NCBI GenBank assembly: GCA_051047955.1
Contig: JBPGPT010000001.1
Span: forward strand, 682,001 to 746,000
Reading direction: 5' to 3'
DNA length: 64,000 nt
Source of the DNA: Cystobasidiomycetes sp. EMM_F5
Lineage: Eukaryota
Shown here one piece after another: positions 25,425 through 37,481 of this stretch; positions within the stretch are counted from its first letter, which is position 1, and every line of letters begins with the position of its first letter. Below the pieces are notes generated by a model, which had not been told where the DNA came from, did no database searches, and saw only the letters and a list, made by a program, of their open reading frames with translations. The position numbers and the translations under genes were made by a program.

Positions 25425-28400
25425 ATGGTCATCCTGGTGTTGCAAGGCGCATCAGCGCTTTCAGCTTCTAAGCGCGCTTTACTACTCAAGCAGATTCAAA
25501 CCACTTCTTCAGAGATATCTAGTGTCGACGCTGTCTTCCTGCACTATGTGTGGACTGCTCGCGAGCTGGACGACGCAGAAAAAGCAATTCTTGAAGCTCT
25601 CCTGCTCTACGGGGACGATGTTGCCAATCCAGCTAGTCGTGCTCAACTCTCCTCACTCATATCTGGCGGCAACACAGCCCAGAACACACTCTGCATCTGT
25701 CCACGACAAGGCACGATATCGCCCTGGTCTACCAAAGCTTCAGAAATTGCGAGAATGTGCAAGCTTGGGCACTGTGTCAGACGCATCGAGAGGGGGACTG
25801 CCTTTGTCTTTTCTACTCCGGAGACTAAGGGTGTGGAAATGACGGAATCCTTCCTCTCACCGTTTGTAAATAAACTGCACGATCGAATGACACAACGGAT
25901 TCTGACACGACTTCCAACTGAGCAAGACATCTTTACACAAAGTCAGCCTGCGCCCCTACGTACGGTGGACCTAGTCGGACCGCTAGAACAGGCGCAAGCA
26001 AAGCTCGCAAGCGCAAATAAGGCTCTTGGCCTTGCACTTGCGCCCGATGAGATAGCCTACCTGGCGAAGGCATTCTGCGGCGATCGGAATCCAACAGACG
26101 TTGAGTTGTTCATGTTTGCTCAGGTTAACTCTGAGCACTGCCGCCATAAGATTTTCAACGCCGAGTGGACGATTGATGGAGTCAAGCAGGATCACTCGCT
26201 CTTCAACATGATTCGTAATACACATCGCCTAGTCCCTCAGCACACGATATCGGCCTACTCAGACAACGCAGCGGTGTTGGAAGGTTACAAGACGAAGCGT
26301 TTTGCGCCATTTGATGGGTCATATTACTCGGAAAAAGAAGAAGATGCGCCGATTCTTATCAAGGTGGAGACTCATAATCATCCAACGGCAGTATCACCAT
26401 ACCCAGGAGCGGCCACTGGCTCCGGCGGCGAGATCCGAGACGAAGGTGCCGTAGGGCGTGGATCGAAACCAAAAGCAGGTCTGGCAGGCTATACCGTCTC
26501 CAACCTGCTCATTCCCGGCTTTGAACAGCCGTGGGAATCAGATTTCGGCAAGCCAGGTCATATTGCCTCCGCACTGGATATTATGCTAGAAGCACCACTC
26601 GGATCTTGCGCATTCAACAACGAGTTTGGTCGGCCTGCACTGGCTGGATACTTCCGCACATTTGCGGAAAGTATTCCCGCACCCACGGGAAGTGAGGTTC
26701 GAGGCTATCACAAGCCAATCATGATTGCTGGCGGTTTGGGTAATGTCCGCCCGCAATTCGCCCTGAAGGACAATATCACTCCAGGCGCCAAGATCATTGT
26801 ACTTGGCGGCCCAGGTATGCTAATTGGCTTAGGCGGCGGAGCTGCCTCCTCAATGGCGTCCGGTGCAAGCTCTGCGGATCTCGATTTCGCATCCGTCCAA
26901 CGCGAAAATCCCGAGATGCAGAGACGGTGCCAGCAAGTTATTGATGCTTGCTGCTTTGCCGAGAATAATCCCATTCAGTCGATACATGATGTCGGCGCCG
27001 GGGGTCTTTCCAACGCCCTGCCGGAACTGGTCCATGATGCTGGGCTCGGCGCACGCTTCGAATTACGTGACGTCCTGGTAGACGATCCGGGCATGTCTCC
27101 CATGGAGATCTGGTGCAACGAGTCGCAAGAGCGTTACGTGCTTGCTGTCGACCCAGCACAATTACCTACTTTCGAGGCGATCGCAAAGCGCGAGCGGTGT
27201 CCGTACAGCGTTGTAGGCACTGCGACCTCAGAGCAAAATCTCATTGTCACAGACCGTCTGCTTGGAGTCAAGCCCATCCACTTGTCAATGTCGACCCTCT
27301 TCGGCCGAGCTCCAAAGATGTCCCGACACGCTAACTCTTTGCGCCCAGCACGTCACCCTTTCGATACGACTCTCGGTTCCTACCTTCCTGATTTCGCTAC
27401 TGCAGACCGAACAGCCTTGCTGACTGTTGCAGTCTCGCGCATTTTGCGTCTGCCGTGCGTAGGTTCAAAATCGTTTCTAATTACCATTGGCGATCGTACA
27501 ATTACTGGCTTGGTTGCAAGGGACCAGATGGTCGGACCGTGGCAAGTGCCAGTCGCGGACGTGGCTGTGACGCAGACTTCGTACGGTTTCGACATTATCA
27601 CCGGCGAGGCAATGGCTATGGGCGAAAGGACACCGCTCGCGCTCCTTTCCGCAAGTGCATCGGCCAAGATGGCTGTCGGCGAAGCTCTTACCAATCTTGC
27701 CGCGGCATCATTTGAAGACCTTGCTCGAGTGAAACTGAGTGCCAATTGGATGTGTGCAGCTACCCATGGCGATGAAGGAGCTAAGCTATACGAAGCCGTC
27801 CAAGCGATTGGGATGGAGCTCTGCCCCGCTCTCGGCGTAAGCATACCGGTTGGCAAAGACTCCATGTCGATGGCCATGCGATGGAAGGATCCTGAAGGAG
27901 AGAAGCAAGTCACGGCACCTCTATCGCTCATCGTCACTGCTTTTGCTCCTGTAGACAATATTCGTCAGACTTGGACACCGCAATTGCAGACAAATCTGGA
28001 GCAGCAATCGGTCTTGGTCTTCGTCGACCTCTCCGGCGGCAAACAGCGTGTAGGAGGTTCGTGCTTGACTCAGGTCTTCAAGCACATTGGCGCGACTGCG
28101 CCTGACATCGAGAATCCCAAGATTCTGAAGGCTTTCCTTATCGCCTGCCAGCAAATACGAAAACACTACCCAGAATGTGTCTTGGCTTATCACGATAGAT
28201 CAGATGGCGGTCTTTTCACAACACTAGTTGAGATGGCATTTGCAGGGCGTACTGGTATTAACATTTCTCTGGATGCTATACCACAGCATGACGACATATT
28301 GGCCACTCTTTTCAATGAGGAATTGGGCGCCGTTTTCCAGCTCAAACAGGCAGATCTCTCCAACTTCACGGCCACATTCCTACATGCAGGTGTACCGTCT

Positions 28401-29468
28401 TCAGCCCTTCATGTTATCGGTGCGCTGGCGGAGTCAAGTGAACTTATAAGCATCACTTCGGGAGGTCAGTCTGTTTGGTCCGCTACAAGAGCATCTCTTC
28501 AAGAAATGTGGGCGGAGACTAGTTTTCGCATGCAAAGCTTGCGCGACAACCCCGAGTTGGCCAAAGAGGAATACGAGAACATAGCTAGGAAGAGCGATCC
28601 TGGCCTGAGTTATGACCTGACATTCGATCCTGCTGGTTTCCCGCTCTCATCAACGGCATCACTGCTCGACCGGCCGAAAGTAGCAATTCTGCGCGAGCAA
28701 GGCGTGAACGGTCACGTAGAAATGGCATGGTCTTTCTCAGCAGCCGGGTTTGCTGCCGTCGATGTGCACATGACCGATATCCTTTCCGGCAAAGTCAGCC
28801 TGGCTGGCTTCAAGGGCATTGCAGCCTGTGGAGGCTTTTCTTACGGCGATGTATTAGGCGCGGGCAGCGGGTGGGCGAAGAGCATTATATTACACCAGCG
28901 AGCGCGGGAAGAATTTCGTACCTTCTTTTCTGATCGCAAAGACACTTTTGCTCTTGCGGTCTGTAACGGTTGCCAGCTTTTTGGCCAACTCAAAAATCTG
29001 ATACCCGGCTGCGATGATTGGCCTACATTTCAGCCGAATTTGAGCGAGCGGTTCGAAGGTAGAGTATGCATGGTGGAAATCGACCCTAGTACTGCATCAT
29101 CCGTCTTCCTTGCGTCCATGGGTGGCTCGAGATTACCAGTAGCTGTAGCACATGGTGAAGGACGAGCACACTTTACGACAGCGGCGTCTGGTACCGGCTG
29201 TGCTGCTAAGGGTATGATACCAGTACGATATCTAGATCCAGTATCCGGCCAAGCCACGACGCGCTACCCATATAATCCGAACGGAGGTGAGAATGGTGTT
29301 GCAGGTGTCCAGTCGCAGAACGGTAGGGTGCTGGCTTTGATGCCCCATCCAGAGCGAAACGTGATTGCTTCCTCAAATTCCTTTATCCCGCGCGGTGCCG
29401 TAGACAAGTGGACTGGACGTGGACCGTGGTTCCGACTGTTCCAGAATGCCAGATCTTGGGTTGGCTAG
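25425..29468 (+). CDS. ADE6: Phosphoribosylformylglycinamidine synthase (large PurL, FGAM synthase); single-exon CDS
   Basis: [58 protein letters not shown]; glutaminase motifs [19 protein letters not shown]; first in-frame ATG at 25425. Confidence 0.98.
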   Translation: MVILVLQGASALSASKRALLLKQIQTTSSEISSVDAVFLHYVWTARELDDAEKAILEALLLYGDDVANPASRAQLSSLISGGNTAQNTLCICPRQGTISPWSTKASEIARMCKLGHCVRRIERGTAFVFSTPETKGVEMTESFLSPFVNKLHDRMTQRILTRLPTEQDIFTQSQPAPLRTVDLVGPLEQAQAKLASANKALGLALAPDEIAYLAKAFCGDRNPTDVELFMFAQVNSEHCRHKIFNAEWTIDGVKQDHSLFNMIRNTHRLVPQHTISAYSDNAAVLEGYKTKRFAPFDGSYYSEKEEDAPILIKVETHNHPTAVSPYPGAATGSGGEIRDEGAVGRGSKPKAGLAGYTVSNLLIPGFEQPWESDFGKPGHIASALDIMLEAPLGSCAFNNEFGRPALAGYFRTFAESIPAPTGSEVRGYHKPIMIAGGLGNVRPQFALKDNITPGAKIIVLGGPGMLIGLGGGAASSMASGASSADLDFASVQRENPEMQRRCQQVIDACCFAENNPIQSIHDVGAGGLSNALPELVHDAGLGARFELRDVLVDDPGMSPMEIWCNESQERYVLAVDPAQLPTFEAIAKRERCPYSVVGTATSEQNLIVTDRLLGVKPIHLSMSTLFGRAPKMSRHANSLRPARHPFDTTLGSYLPDFATADRTALLTVAVSRILRLPCVGSKSFLITIGDRTITGLVARDQMVGPWQVPVADVAVTQTSYGFDIITGEAMAMGERTPLALLSASASAKMAVGEALTNLAAASFEDLARVKLSANWMCAATHGDEGAKLYEAVQAIGMELCPALGVSIPVGKDSMSMAMRWKDPEGEKQVTAPLSLIVTAFAPVDNIRQTWTPQLQTNLEQQSVLVFVDLSGGKQRVGGSCLTQVFKHIGATAPDIENPKILKAFLIACQQIRKHYPECVLAYHDRSDGGLFTTLVEMAFAGRTGINISLDAIPQHDDILATLFNEELGAVFQLKQADLSNFTATFLHAGVPSSALHVIGALAESSELISITSGGQSVWSATRASLQEMWAETSFRMQSLRDNPELAKEEYENIARKSDPGLSYDLTFDPAGFPLSSTASLLDRPKVAILREQGVNGHVEMAWSFSAAGFAAVDVHMTDILSGKVSLAGFKGIAACGGFSYGDVLGAGSGWAKSIILHQRAREEFRTFFSDRKDTFALAVCNGCQLFGQLKNLIPGCDDWPTFQPNLSERFEGRVCMVEIDPSTASSVFLASMGGSRLPVAVAHGEGRAHFTTAASGTGCAAKGMIPVRYLDPVSGQATTRYPYNPNGGENGVAGVQSQNGRVLALMPHPERNVIASSNSFIPRGAVDKWTGRGPWFRLFQNARSWVG

Positions 29469-29479
29469 TGTCCGCCGCA

Positions 29480-31011
29480 TCAGTCAAAGGGTATGACTCG
29501 TACATTAGACGACATCGGGATGGAGGGGAGACCCTTAGCCTGTTCCGCCCGCGCGGCCGCAAAGGCGCTCGGTATAGGTATACCGCAACAATCTCCGAAT
29601 CCTTCGCCTTTGACATGCACGTGGCCGTGATCGTCAACGTGAACAGATGCATCCTGCGCTATTTTGGCAGCATCCACCGCACTTTCAGGAAAGGGCAAAA
29701 GGGGTGTGAAGAGAAAGTGTTGCGCGACAGGCAGTTTGCCAAGGACCTCCACCCTGTACATCTTGATCATACCGGAATTCACCTTGTCCCATGTCTTCAC
29801 CTAGATGCGAATCAGCAGCCATTTGAACGAGGGGATGTATATCGCCTACAGCGGAGATGTCATCGAGCATGGGCGAATGCCAACGTAGCGAAGCAGTCTT
29901 AATCTATAAAGAAGAGGAGCGTCGAAATTTAGGCCGAAGTCTAGATCTGCTGTTGCGTACACTCACCGAGTTTACGAATTTGATGCATGCCAGATACATG
30001 TAGTCTTTGGCATATTCGTCCACCACATCCTTGTCATGTATAGCCTTTGGCTTGATAAATCGGTGCCCTAATCAGGTTATTCAGCGAGTAAAATCGACGT
30101 GGTGGATGCGATCAATCTACCCCTCAGCTGTGCGCTGCCGAAGACTTGGCATGCCATCATTTTGAGTGACGCTTCAATCGCAGAATGTATGGCCGAACTC
30201 ACCAAACGGTAAGAAATGGTAATCATCCAAGCCATACGCTCCGTGAGAACCTGTATCGGGGATCAGTGCAAGCGATTGGTATCGGCACGCGCCTTACCAG
30301 CAGGTTCTAGCCAGTATGATGACTGCAATTTTCGCATAACCGATATATACTTCCAAAAGACTTGGATGACTGTTGCGGTGTAGTCACTCGGCTTCAGTAG
30401 CTCCAATTTTTTCAGGCAGAGTCTGCAAAAGAGTTGAGCAATGTCGATCTAAACGTGTGCATCAGTGACTTACAGCCAGCATAGAAAATGGAGCTCCATG
30501 CCACTACCGTAGTCAATTCGAGTGCTGTTTCCCCAAGCTTCTGAAAGGTATGCCGAGACTGAAGGTATATGGTCTGCTGCCACTCCAAGCCTTCGATGCC
30601 AGGTGACGACATGCTGATTTGCACACTGTCAGTACGCGAAGCGAGCGCGAGATTTAGCGAAATGTTCGCGAACTTCATTGACTAGCCCGTAGAAGGTGCG
30701 GAAAGCAGGATTCCCGAAGCGAGACTTTTCATTGTCGACTGGTGGAGTCCGGTCTGCCAGAGCTTCGATGTCATCCAGTATGCCCAGTATGGTCGTTATG
30801 ATCTGAAAGTGTAGACCGCTGATTAGACAAAGTCATCACGGCGGGCGCTGCTTGCAAAGAAGCGCACACTGCTGCCGTTGCATGTCTGACGCAGTGATAT
30901 CCCGACAGTGGCCGTGTTCAGGGTCTCAATAAATTTGACCACGTCCGCATGGGTCTGGCCGTTGGTGAAGACATCCAAATGTTGGCGAGATATCACTCGC
31001 TTTGCCGCCAT
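29480..31011 (-). CDS. RRD2: PP2A phosphotyrosyl phosphatase activator (PTPA), Rrd2/Ypa2 type
   Basis: [77 protein letters not shown]-like tail (FGDCCGIPIPSA). Confidence 0.93.
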
Positions 31012-31207
31012 ATCAGTGTGTAGTTGGGGCAGGTTCGAAGGGCGTCCCTATCAGGTACGTAAACATAATGCCATGCGGACCAGACCAAGAAGGCCGCTTT
31101 GATGCTGTACTGCACGAGCAACGACACATTGGAAGCACACTGATTACCGGCAAACTTCTACAGCTCAATGTGACTTTACGGTAGTTGTTCCCGACCTGCT
31201 AATCTTT

Positions 31208-33865
31208 TTACTCGGCTAAGAATCTTTCTACACGTGCTAGCCAATCCTGCAGTCCGTTATCAAGGAAGACTGGCAGGTGTCCTGCATTTGGTACTTCGTA
31301 GAAATCCACGTCCCGTCCCTCTGAAGCTAGCTGGTCAGACAGCTTCTTCAAGCCTTCTGGAAGCTTGCCATCGCGTTCGCCGGCAATGAGGAGCGCCTTC
31401 TTGCCCTTGAGGGCTTCGGAAATACCATGACTCAAGTCATACCCTTGTAGAGCTCGAGCACCCGCGATAAAACCCTCGAGCCTCGTATTCTCAACCATTG
31501 GCCTGACGAGATGCGATTGCGCACCGGAAACCAAAGGAGACCCGCCGGGGAACCACCTTGGAACGGTGGCATCTGCCAGCGCTGACATGCCCTTCTCTTT
31601 TGCCAGTGCAATGCGGTCGTCCCAAGCCTTGATATTCGCCTCAGGCGACTTGATCTGTGTATCGCACACAACAATCTTCTCATACTTGTCTGTATGCCTG
31701 ATGGCGAAGTTGAAGGTCGTTGCGCCACCCTGAGACACCCCGATTACGGCTTTGACAGGAGTACTAACACCGACCTGGTGCAATATCATTGCAATATCGT
31801 CTGCAAGCTGATCAAGGGTACACGCAGTAGGCGGAACGGACGACTGCAAAGCAAGACAGAGTTTACCTTGTGTCGACGGACAGGCACTCTCACTCACCTT
31901 TCCATGTCCTCTCTGGTCGTATGCGATTAAATTATAATTGACAGACAGCCTTGCCATCGCACCCTCCCACATTGTATAGTCTGTCATCAGCGAATTGACG
32001 AAAACCAGCCATGGCTTGTTTTCCTCGGCATCGTGCTTGACCACGTAGGCGTTGATCGTGACTCCAGGAGCAACAAACAGCGTCCTCTCTTGGCAATGAG
32101 CGGATGGGAAAGGCATCATGACGCGAGCGTGATCATCAACATCCGCAGCAAGGAGAAAGCGCGAGACCATATTGTATGTTCCAGTAGTAACGAGGGCTTC
32201 GGTAAGCTGCTGCTCAACTGTGATTCCCTTGGGCAATTGCTTCTCGAACTCAGCCCGGAGAGCTTGGTATACACGGTCCGAGATTTTGCTGTGTCTGGTA
32301 GATTCATCGGCAAAGGCGAAGGCAGCCGCTTGAAGTGCTGTAAATGGCGAGGGAGATGCTACTGCGGGCGCCTCAATTGTCAGATCTCGGAGCAACGCCA
32401 ACTGGTCCGTTGTAAGACCAGCATCTCGACCGACATGCTCGTGGTGAATCCATTCATACGCAGCAGCATTTCGCGCTGCTACTCGCAGTATCTGCATAAA
32501 ATAATAAGGATATATCGACTGGAGACAAGACGATGACTTACAATGAGCTCGCGGACGTCAGCTGGTAATGAGTTCCGATTTCTGACGGCACCGAGTAGAG
32601 TATTCCAGCCGTTCTTTGCGAACTATGTCAGCCAACAAAGCTATAGGAAGGGTAGCAGCCACTGACAGCAATCTCTGGAGCATTAAGTAGCGCGCCATCG
32701 AGCGGTGTGAGCCCACGGGTACCTCTCCTCAAGCGAACCTTATCGCCAATCTCGGAGGTGCCTGGTGCAGGATAAGCTGGCTTCAAGCGTTGAGGTGGAG
32801 CTCGACTGGTATTATCCCACGCCTTGAATAGCTTCCACGTGCGATGCACGATCCTACTGCCACCTCCAGCAGCTTGTAATAGGCCGGCTGATGGTACGTT
32901 GCTCTCAGACTTCTCAGCGTCGCTTTCGGAGTCCCATTCTACAGGAGGTCGAGTGTGCGCGCAAATGGAGATCGTCAATACGGCGAATATAGATTGTATG
33001 ATGTGCGAGACTGTGCATACCGTTGACTATGAGCCACTTTTCAGCGGAGTTTGTGCGAGGTTGCTTTCCAACGCTGGTCTCGAGAGAGTCTAGGACCTGA
33101 TGACGGGCTGTTCTTCTCCACCCTTTACTGCTCCTCATGGCTGGCAGATAGTATTTTTCGAAGAAGGTCTCAAAAGACTGCTCTGTTATTGTATGATTCG
33201 AGGGGACGGGATTTACGAATAAGGTTGTTATTGCGCCAGCAGTGTCACTAGCGCCGGTGTTGACTCTGCCGGTGTCAGAGACGGTCTTGCACGCTCTCCG
33301 GTCTAATGTCTCCAGTCTCTTCACCAAAGCTGCTTCTCGCGGAGACCGGTTTGCTCGAAGTTGCGTGTACTTTTCATGCGAGAACAACCCGTAGTCGGTA
33401 ATTTCGTACAGTGCAGAGTAGGTAGGCTTCTTCCCATCTGCAGCAATGTATCGTGCGCCTGTTTCGAAATCAGGGAGACTGTTTGTGGTGCAAATCAGCA
33501 AATGATATTTCCCAGGAGTATTCATGCTGTAGACATACTGCCCTAGTCGGATGGGAACGTGCTCATTGGAGTACCAGTCTTTGCGAAAGGTTAGCCCTCA
33601 AAGCATGCGAAATGATCTAGAGAAAACGCCCACCGTTAAACTCCTCGTCTGTACATTGCTCTCCAGTCTCCGCTGCCACCCAGAGGAAAGCGGGCTGCAG
33701 AATTTCGTGCGGAGCAACGTGCAATGTTGTTTGTTGGCTGGAGCCTGTCATCACTGGCAGAAATCCGAGCGAGTCTTTCAAACCGGGCCACCGTTTCAAG
33801 CTTTCGGTTAGGAGGAAGCTAGCTATAAGCGGGAGGGCCAGTGCCGTTAGGACGAAGCGCAGCAT
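31208..33865 (-). CDS. Multidomain fusion: hydrophobic leader + tandem EthD-like dimeric alpha-beta barrels + carboxymuconolactone decarboxylase (CMD/AhpD-like) + 3-oxoadipate enol-lactonase-like alpha/beta hydrolase
   Basis: EEFN|DWYSNEHVPIRL and FETFFEKYYLPAM..GWRRT (barrels); RRGTRGLTPLDGALLNAP..GWNTLLGAVR..RELI|ILRVAARN..YEWIHH (CMD); FVNSLMTD, YDQRGHG, IGVSQGG, AGERDG, AGHLP (hydrolase). Confidence 0.85.
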
Positions 33866-34159
33866 CACTCGTCAGGCGGAATCAGGAATGCATGGCTTTT
33901 GCGAGTCCAAGCAAGCCCGACAAGCACCTCCAAGCTGTCGGCAAAACGATCAGGGCGCTCGGGTACCCGGGATGTGTCGTAGACAATATGCAGCACTCCT
34001 GCCTGCAATGCAACAAGAGTGAAGCAGCTGTATGGCCTCGCCTGATTTTGGGAGATCTACTTGCGGCTCATAACCCAATGTCTCATGTTTTGACGATTCG
34101 AAGCAGCCCGACAGCGTCATCGGAACGCGTCCTTGATTTCTGCCAACCGCGACTTCAGC

Positions 34160-35288
34160 ATGTCCAGTAGCTCGGCAGTCAGCCATAACGTTTTCAGCAG
34201 CCATGAGACTGGCTCTGCCCTAATCTACGGCAGTTCTGGAGCCGTGGGAAGGTCCGGGCACTCTGGCCACTCGTCGGAATATATCCTGACGATGTTGACC
34301 TGCAGACAGCTGATGTACAGTCTACTGACCCAATCAAACTACTCCCGTGTCATCGAGATTGGACGCAGAGCTACTTCCTATCCGCTTCATGGTGTCACAA
34401 CGCCATCAGTCACTCATCTTGCCAAACAGAAAAGCATCGTCGTCCCCACTGAAGACTTCGGAGATACTGCAAAGCTACGCAATTACCTGTCCCAGAAATC
34501 GTCGTCCGCTTCAGGCACATTGCCCACAAATGACTGGTCCGCCGTCTACATAACGCTCGGCACGACAAGAGCCAATGCTGGCGGTGCAGCCGCTTTTGAG
34601 AAGATAGATAGGGAATGTACGAAGATGTCTCCGATGGCAGAAAAAGGTTGCTTTGGCTGACGTCCTTGCCCGGTAGATGTTCTTAACGCAGCTCAGTCAG
34701 CGAGGATTCCCGAGTTGTCGCAGACTGTTATCTACTGCTCTGTAAGGCTGCTATGATATGGATATTGTTGATAAGGATAAGAAAGGCTGAAGCTTTCGCC
34801 AGTCGCAAATGGCCGATCCAACATCATCTATGCTATGTAAGCGTTGGCGCGATACTGAATAACCGGAGTCATGACCTGAAATTACAATCCAAGATACTCG
34901 ATCTAAGGGCTTGACGGAACAGGGTCTTGCCAGTATGGGATATGACAAGTGTATCATATTCAGACCGGGCTATCTCCGTGTCAAGGACGGCCGCGACAAG
35001 CCTCGTTGGGTGGAAACTTTTTACGGCGGTATCACTCGGCAGATGCAGCGCTTTTACGCGGGCATGGAAATTGAGACAGACGTGCTGGCTCGGGCGATGT
35101 TGAGAGCTGGCGAAATGGGTATCGAGCAATGTATCAATCGTGGCATTGGAGCAAAAGCCAAAATTGGTAAGGATGGAGAAGAGGTAAGTCAGAGTCCAAA
35201 TTACCATTGTTGTCCTGCTGATAACAATAGACAGGCTCTAGTGATTAACAACGCGGCTGCTATTAAGCTGGCCAATCTCCAGCTGTAA
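34160..35288 (+). CDS. FMP52: FMP52/HTATIP2(TIP30)-like NAD(P)-binding SDR protein
   Basis: ALIYGSSGAVGR, IEIGRR, ITLGTTRANAGGAAAFEKIDRE, SKGLTE, IIFRPGYL. Confidence 0.85.
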
Positions 35289-35675
35289 TGTTCGCCTGCA
35301 GTAGGCAGTGATATTGTCTTCCTCGAGTCACTTCATGTTCGTTAGCAGTCTCATCGTCCGAGCAGTCGCGCACTTACTACCTGGGATTCATCGCGCAGGC
35401 TTATGTACCCTCCCAAGTTTCAAGCTGTATTAGAGAAAGTCAGTGATGTGAAGCAGTATACTCAAGCTATAGGAGAATCACAAAGCAGCGAAAACAGCGT
35501 GTGTTGGGCAGGATGCGTCACCTCGCCAAGATGAGACCCGCTGCAGACGTGCGGATAGTAGACAAAGATGCATCGCCCCGACGTGAAGCATCGCAAGTGT
35601 TGTCTGTGCTGAAGAAATACGTGCAGACTATGCTTGCATACAGACCATCTTGGAGCTGTATTCCCCAGACGAGTT

Positions 35676-37221
35676 ATGGCTGCTAAGGTGATGTCGGGAT
35701 ATCGCGAGCGTCACCTGGCTGGCCGACAATACGCCCCAGCGCCTTTGGTGCTCGCATATTCCATCAACAGGAGCAGCGCTGCTATCAGTCTCAACGGCGG
35801 AGCTCTCATCAGTCCAGTCCCTCAGCAGCTGCCCACCCCGAGACGCAACGCATCAACAAATGTCCGGATTCACAAAGCCATGTCGACGTCCGGAGGCAGT
35901 AGTGCCGACGCAGCCATAGTACCGCCGACGCCAATGAGTGCGAGACGATATAGCATGCCAACGCAGCACGAACAGCAGTATTTTGAAACGCTATGCCGGC
36001 AGCGGTTCTACGAGTCCTCGAGCACGGCAGCAGCCGATATTGAGCGAATCCTGCGCACCGCTGCGACAAGCGCAACAGCACAATCATGTTATAATCGCAT
36101 TCTTTCCAGCGTGCGGTCGAAATATCATGATGATATGGCGCGAGAGAGACAGGCCGCCCTGTCTGTTACTCTCGAGCAAGCCGGACCTGACGCGTTCATG
36201 ACTAGAGACGAGCGACGCAAGTCTTTCAAGCAGTTCTTTGACGCACACGTCAGCAAAGAAATGATTGGAAGCCATCCCTTCGCGAAAGGGCTATACAGTC
36301 TGCTGCTGCTGCAAAGCGCAAGATCATCAAAAGGCGGGGCTGGTGAATACTGTATCGATTGGACATTGGACGAGGAGGTCAGTTGCTTTGAATAAGACGA
36401 GGCGTCTGAGCTTATAAGAGTAGTCTAGGTCTTCATTGAAGCAGGACCTGGAGCGTGGACGCGCGACAGTATTGCTATTCTTAAAACCGTGCGTTAAGCA
36501 TCGACCGAGATTGATGCTCAACCTGATTCCCTCACCGCACGTCACAGGCTCTCAGAATGGTCAACGTGTCGGCCACAGTGCTTGCGACCACCGCCAGTAC
36601 TTCGTCTGCGCCTAACGAGGCTGTCGTCCCGCATCGCGGCGCGTTAACTGCAAGTCTTCGGATGTCTACGGACGCCCGGCGTTCAATAGATAGAGAGCAT
36701 CAGCTTACCACGGACCAGGCGAATGACCCGCATGAAGAACAGCAACTATCACAACCGCCCATATCAGCCAAACTCAGTACTTTCGGCGATATAAATCGTG
36801 GCAATCTGACAACACAAGCAGGGGTGCTTGCCGAAGGCCAGCAGCATACTTTTCGCTTTACCAGAGACATGGGAAACGCGGACATTGTGGAGTAGGTCGT
36901 ATTGCTGATGTTGCATGAGCCAAGCCTTATGTGCTGCACAGTCTCCTCAGCGTGTTCCCAACATGGATATCAACACCATCTGTACGATCATTGACGTTTA
37001 TTGCCTCGTCGACGGATGCCCGCAAAATGCAAGAGCCATCACTAGCAGACTTGGAAGATGGTATGCAGATACCGCCTGGTGGGGAACACCCTACAAACAA
37101 GCTTAAGGTCGGGACCGGCTTTCTGACTATCAGTCGAGAAACGAGATTGGCAGGCTATGAGGCTACTTTGGTTGAACGAGTCAAGGATTGGCTAAAACGG
37201 ATATTAGGCCTACAAAGCTAG
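35676..37221 (+). CDS. Hypothetical protein (spliced); start uncertain (35676 or 35880)
   Basis: Long exon 35676-36378 joined by canonical introns to exons 36430-, 36557- and 36941-37221; no family recognised. Confidence 0.6.
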
Positions 37222-37481
37222 TCGAATCCATCAGTTGGCTTTGCTGAGAACGTCGCAGTATAGCAGATATCTTAGTCTACGTGTGTGTAGCAGTGTCCGT
37301 GTTGTTGATATGGCATACCGACAACACTCAGACGCGTTGAGAGCGTCAGGTTCAGACGCGTTCCTGGCCGGCACCGTTCGGATCGGCGTGTGGCCGGTAT
37401 TGGTTCCTACTCAGACTGACGCAAGTCCGACCTCGTCTACTCCAACTGCTACAGGGCAGGCGGGTTGTCGCCTGGATCTGC

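Noticed and set aside
26708..29257. Several antisense ORFs within ADE6, and similar ones opposite ESA1, SNF7 and PEX5
   Set aside because: These are shadow frames produced by the codon bias of real genes on the other strand.
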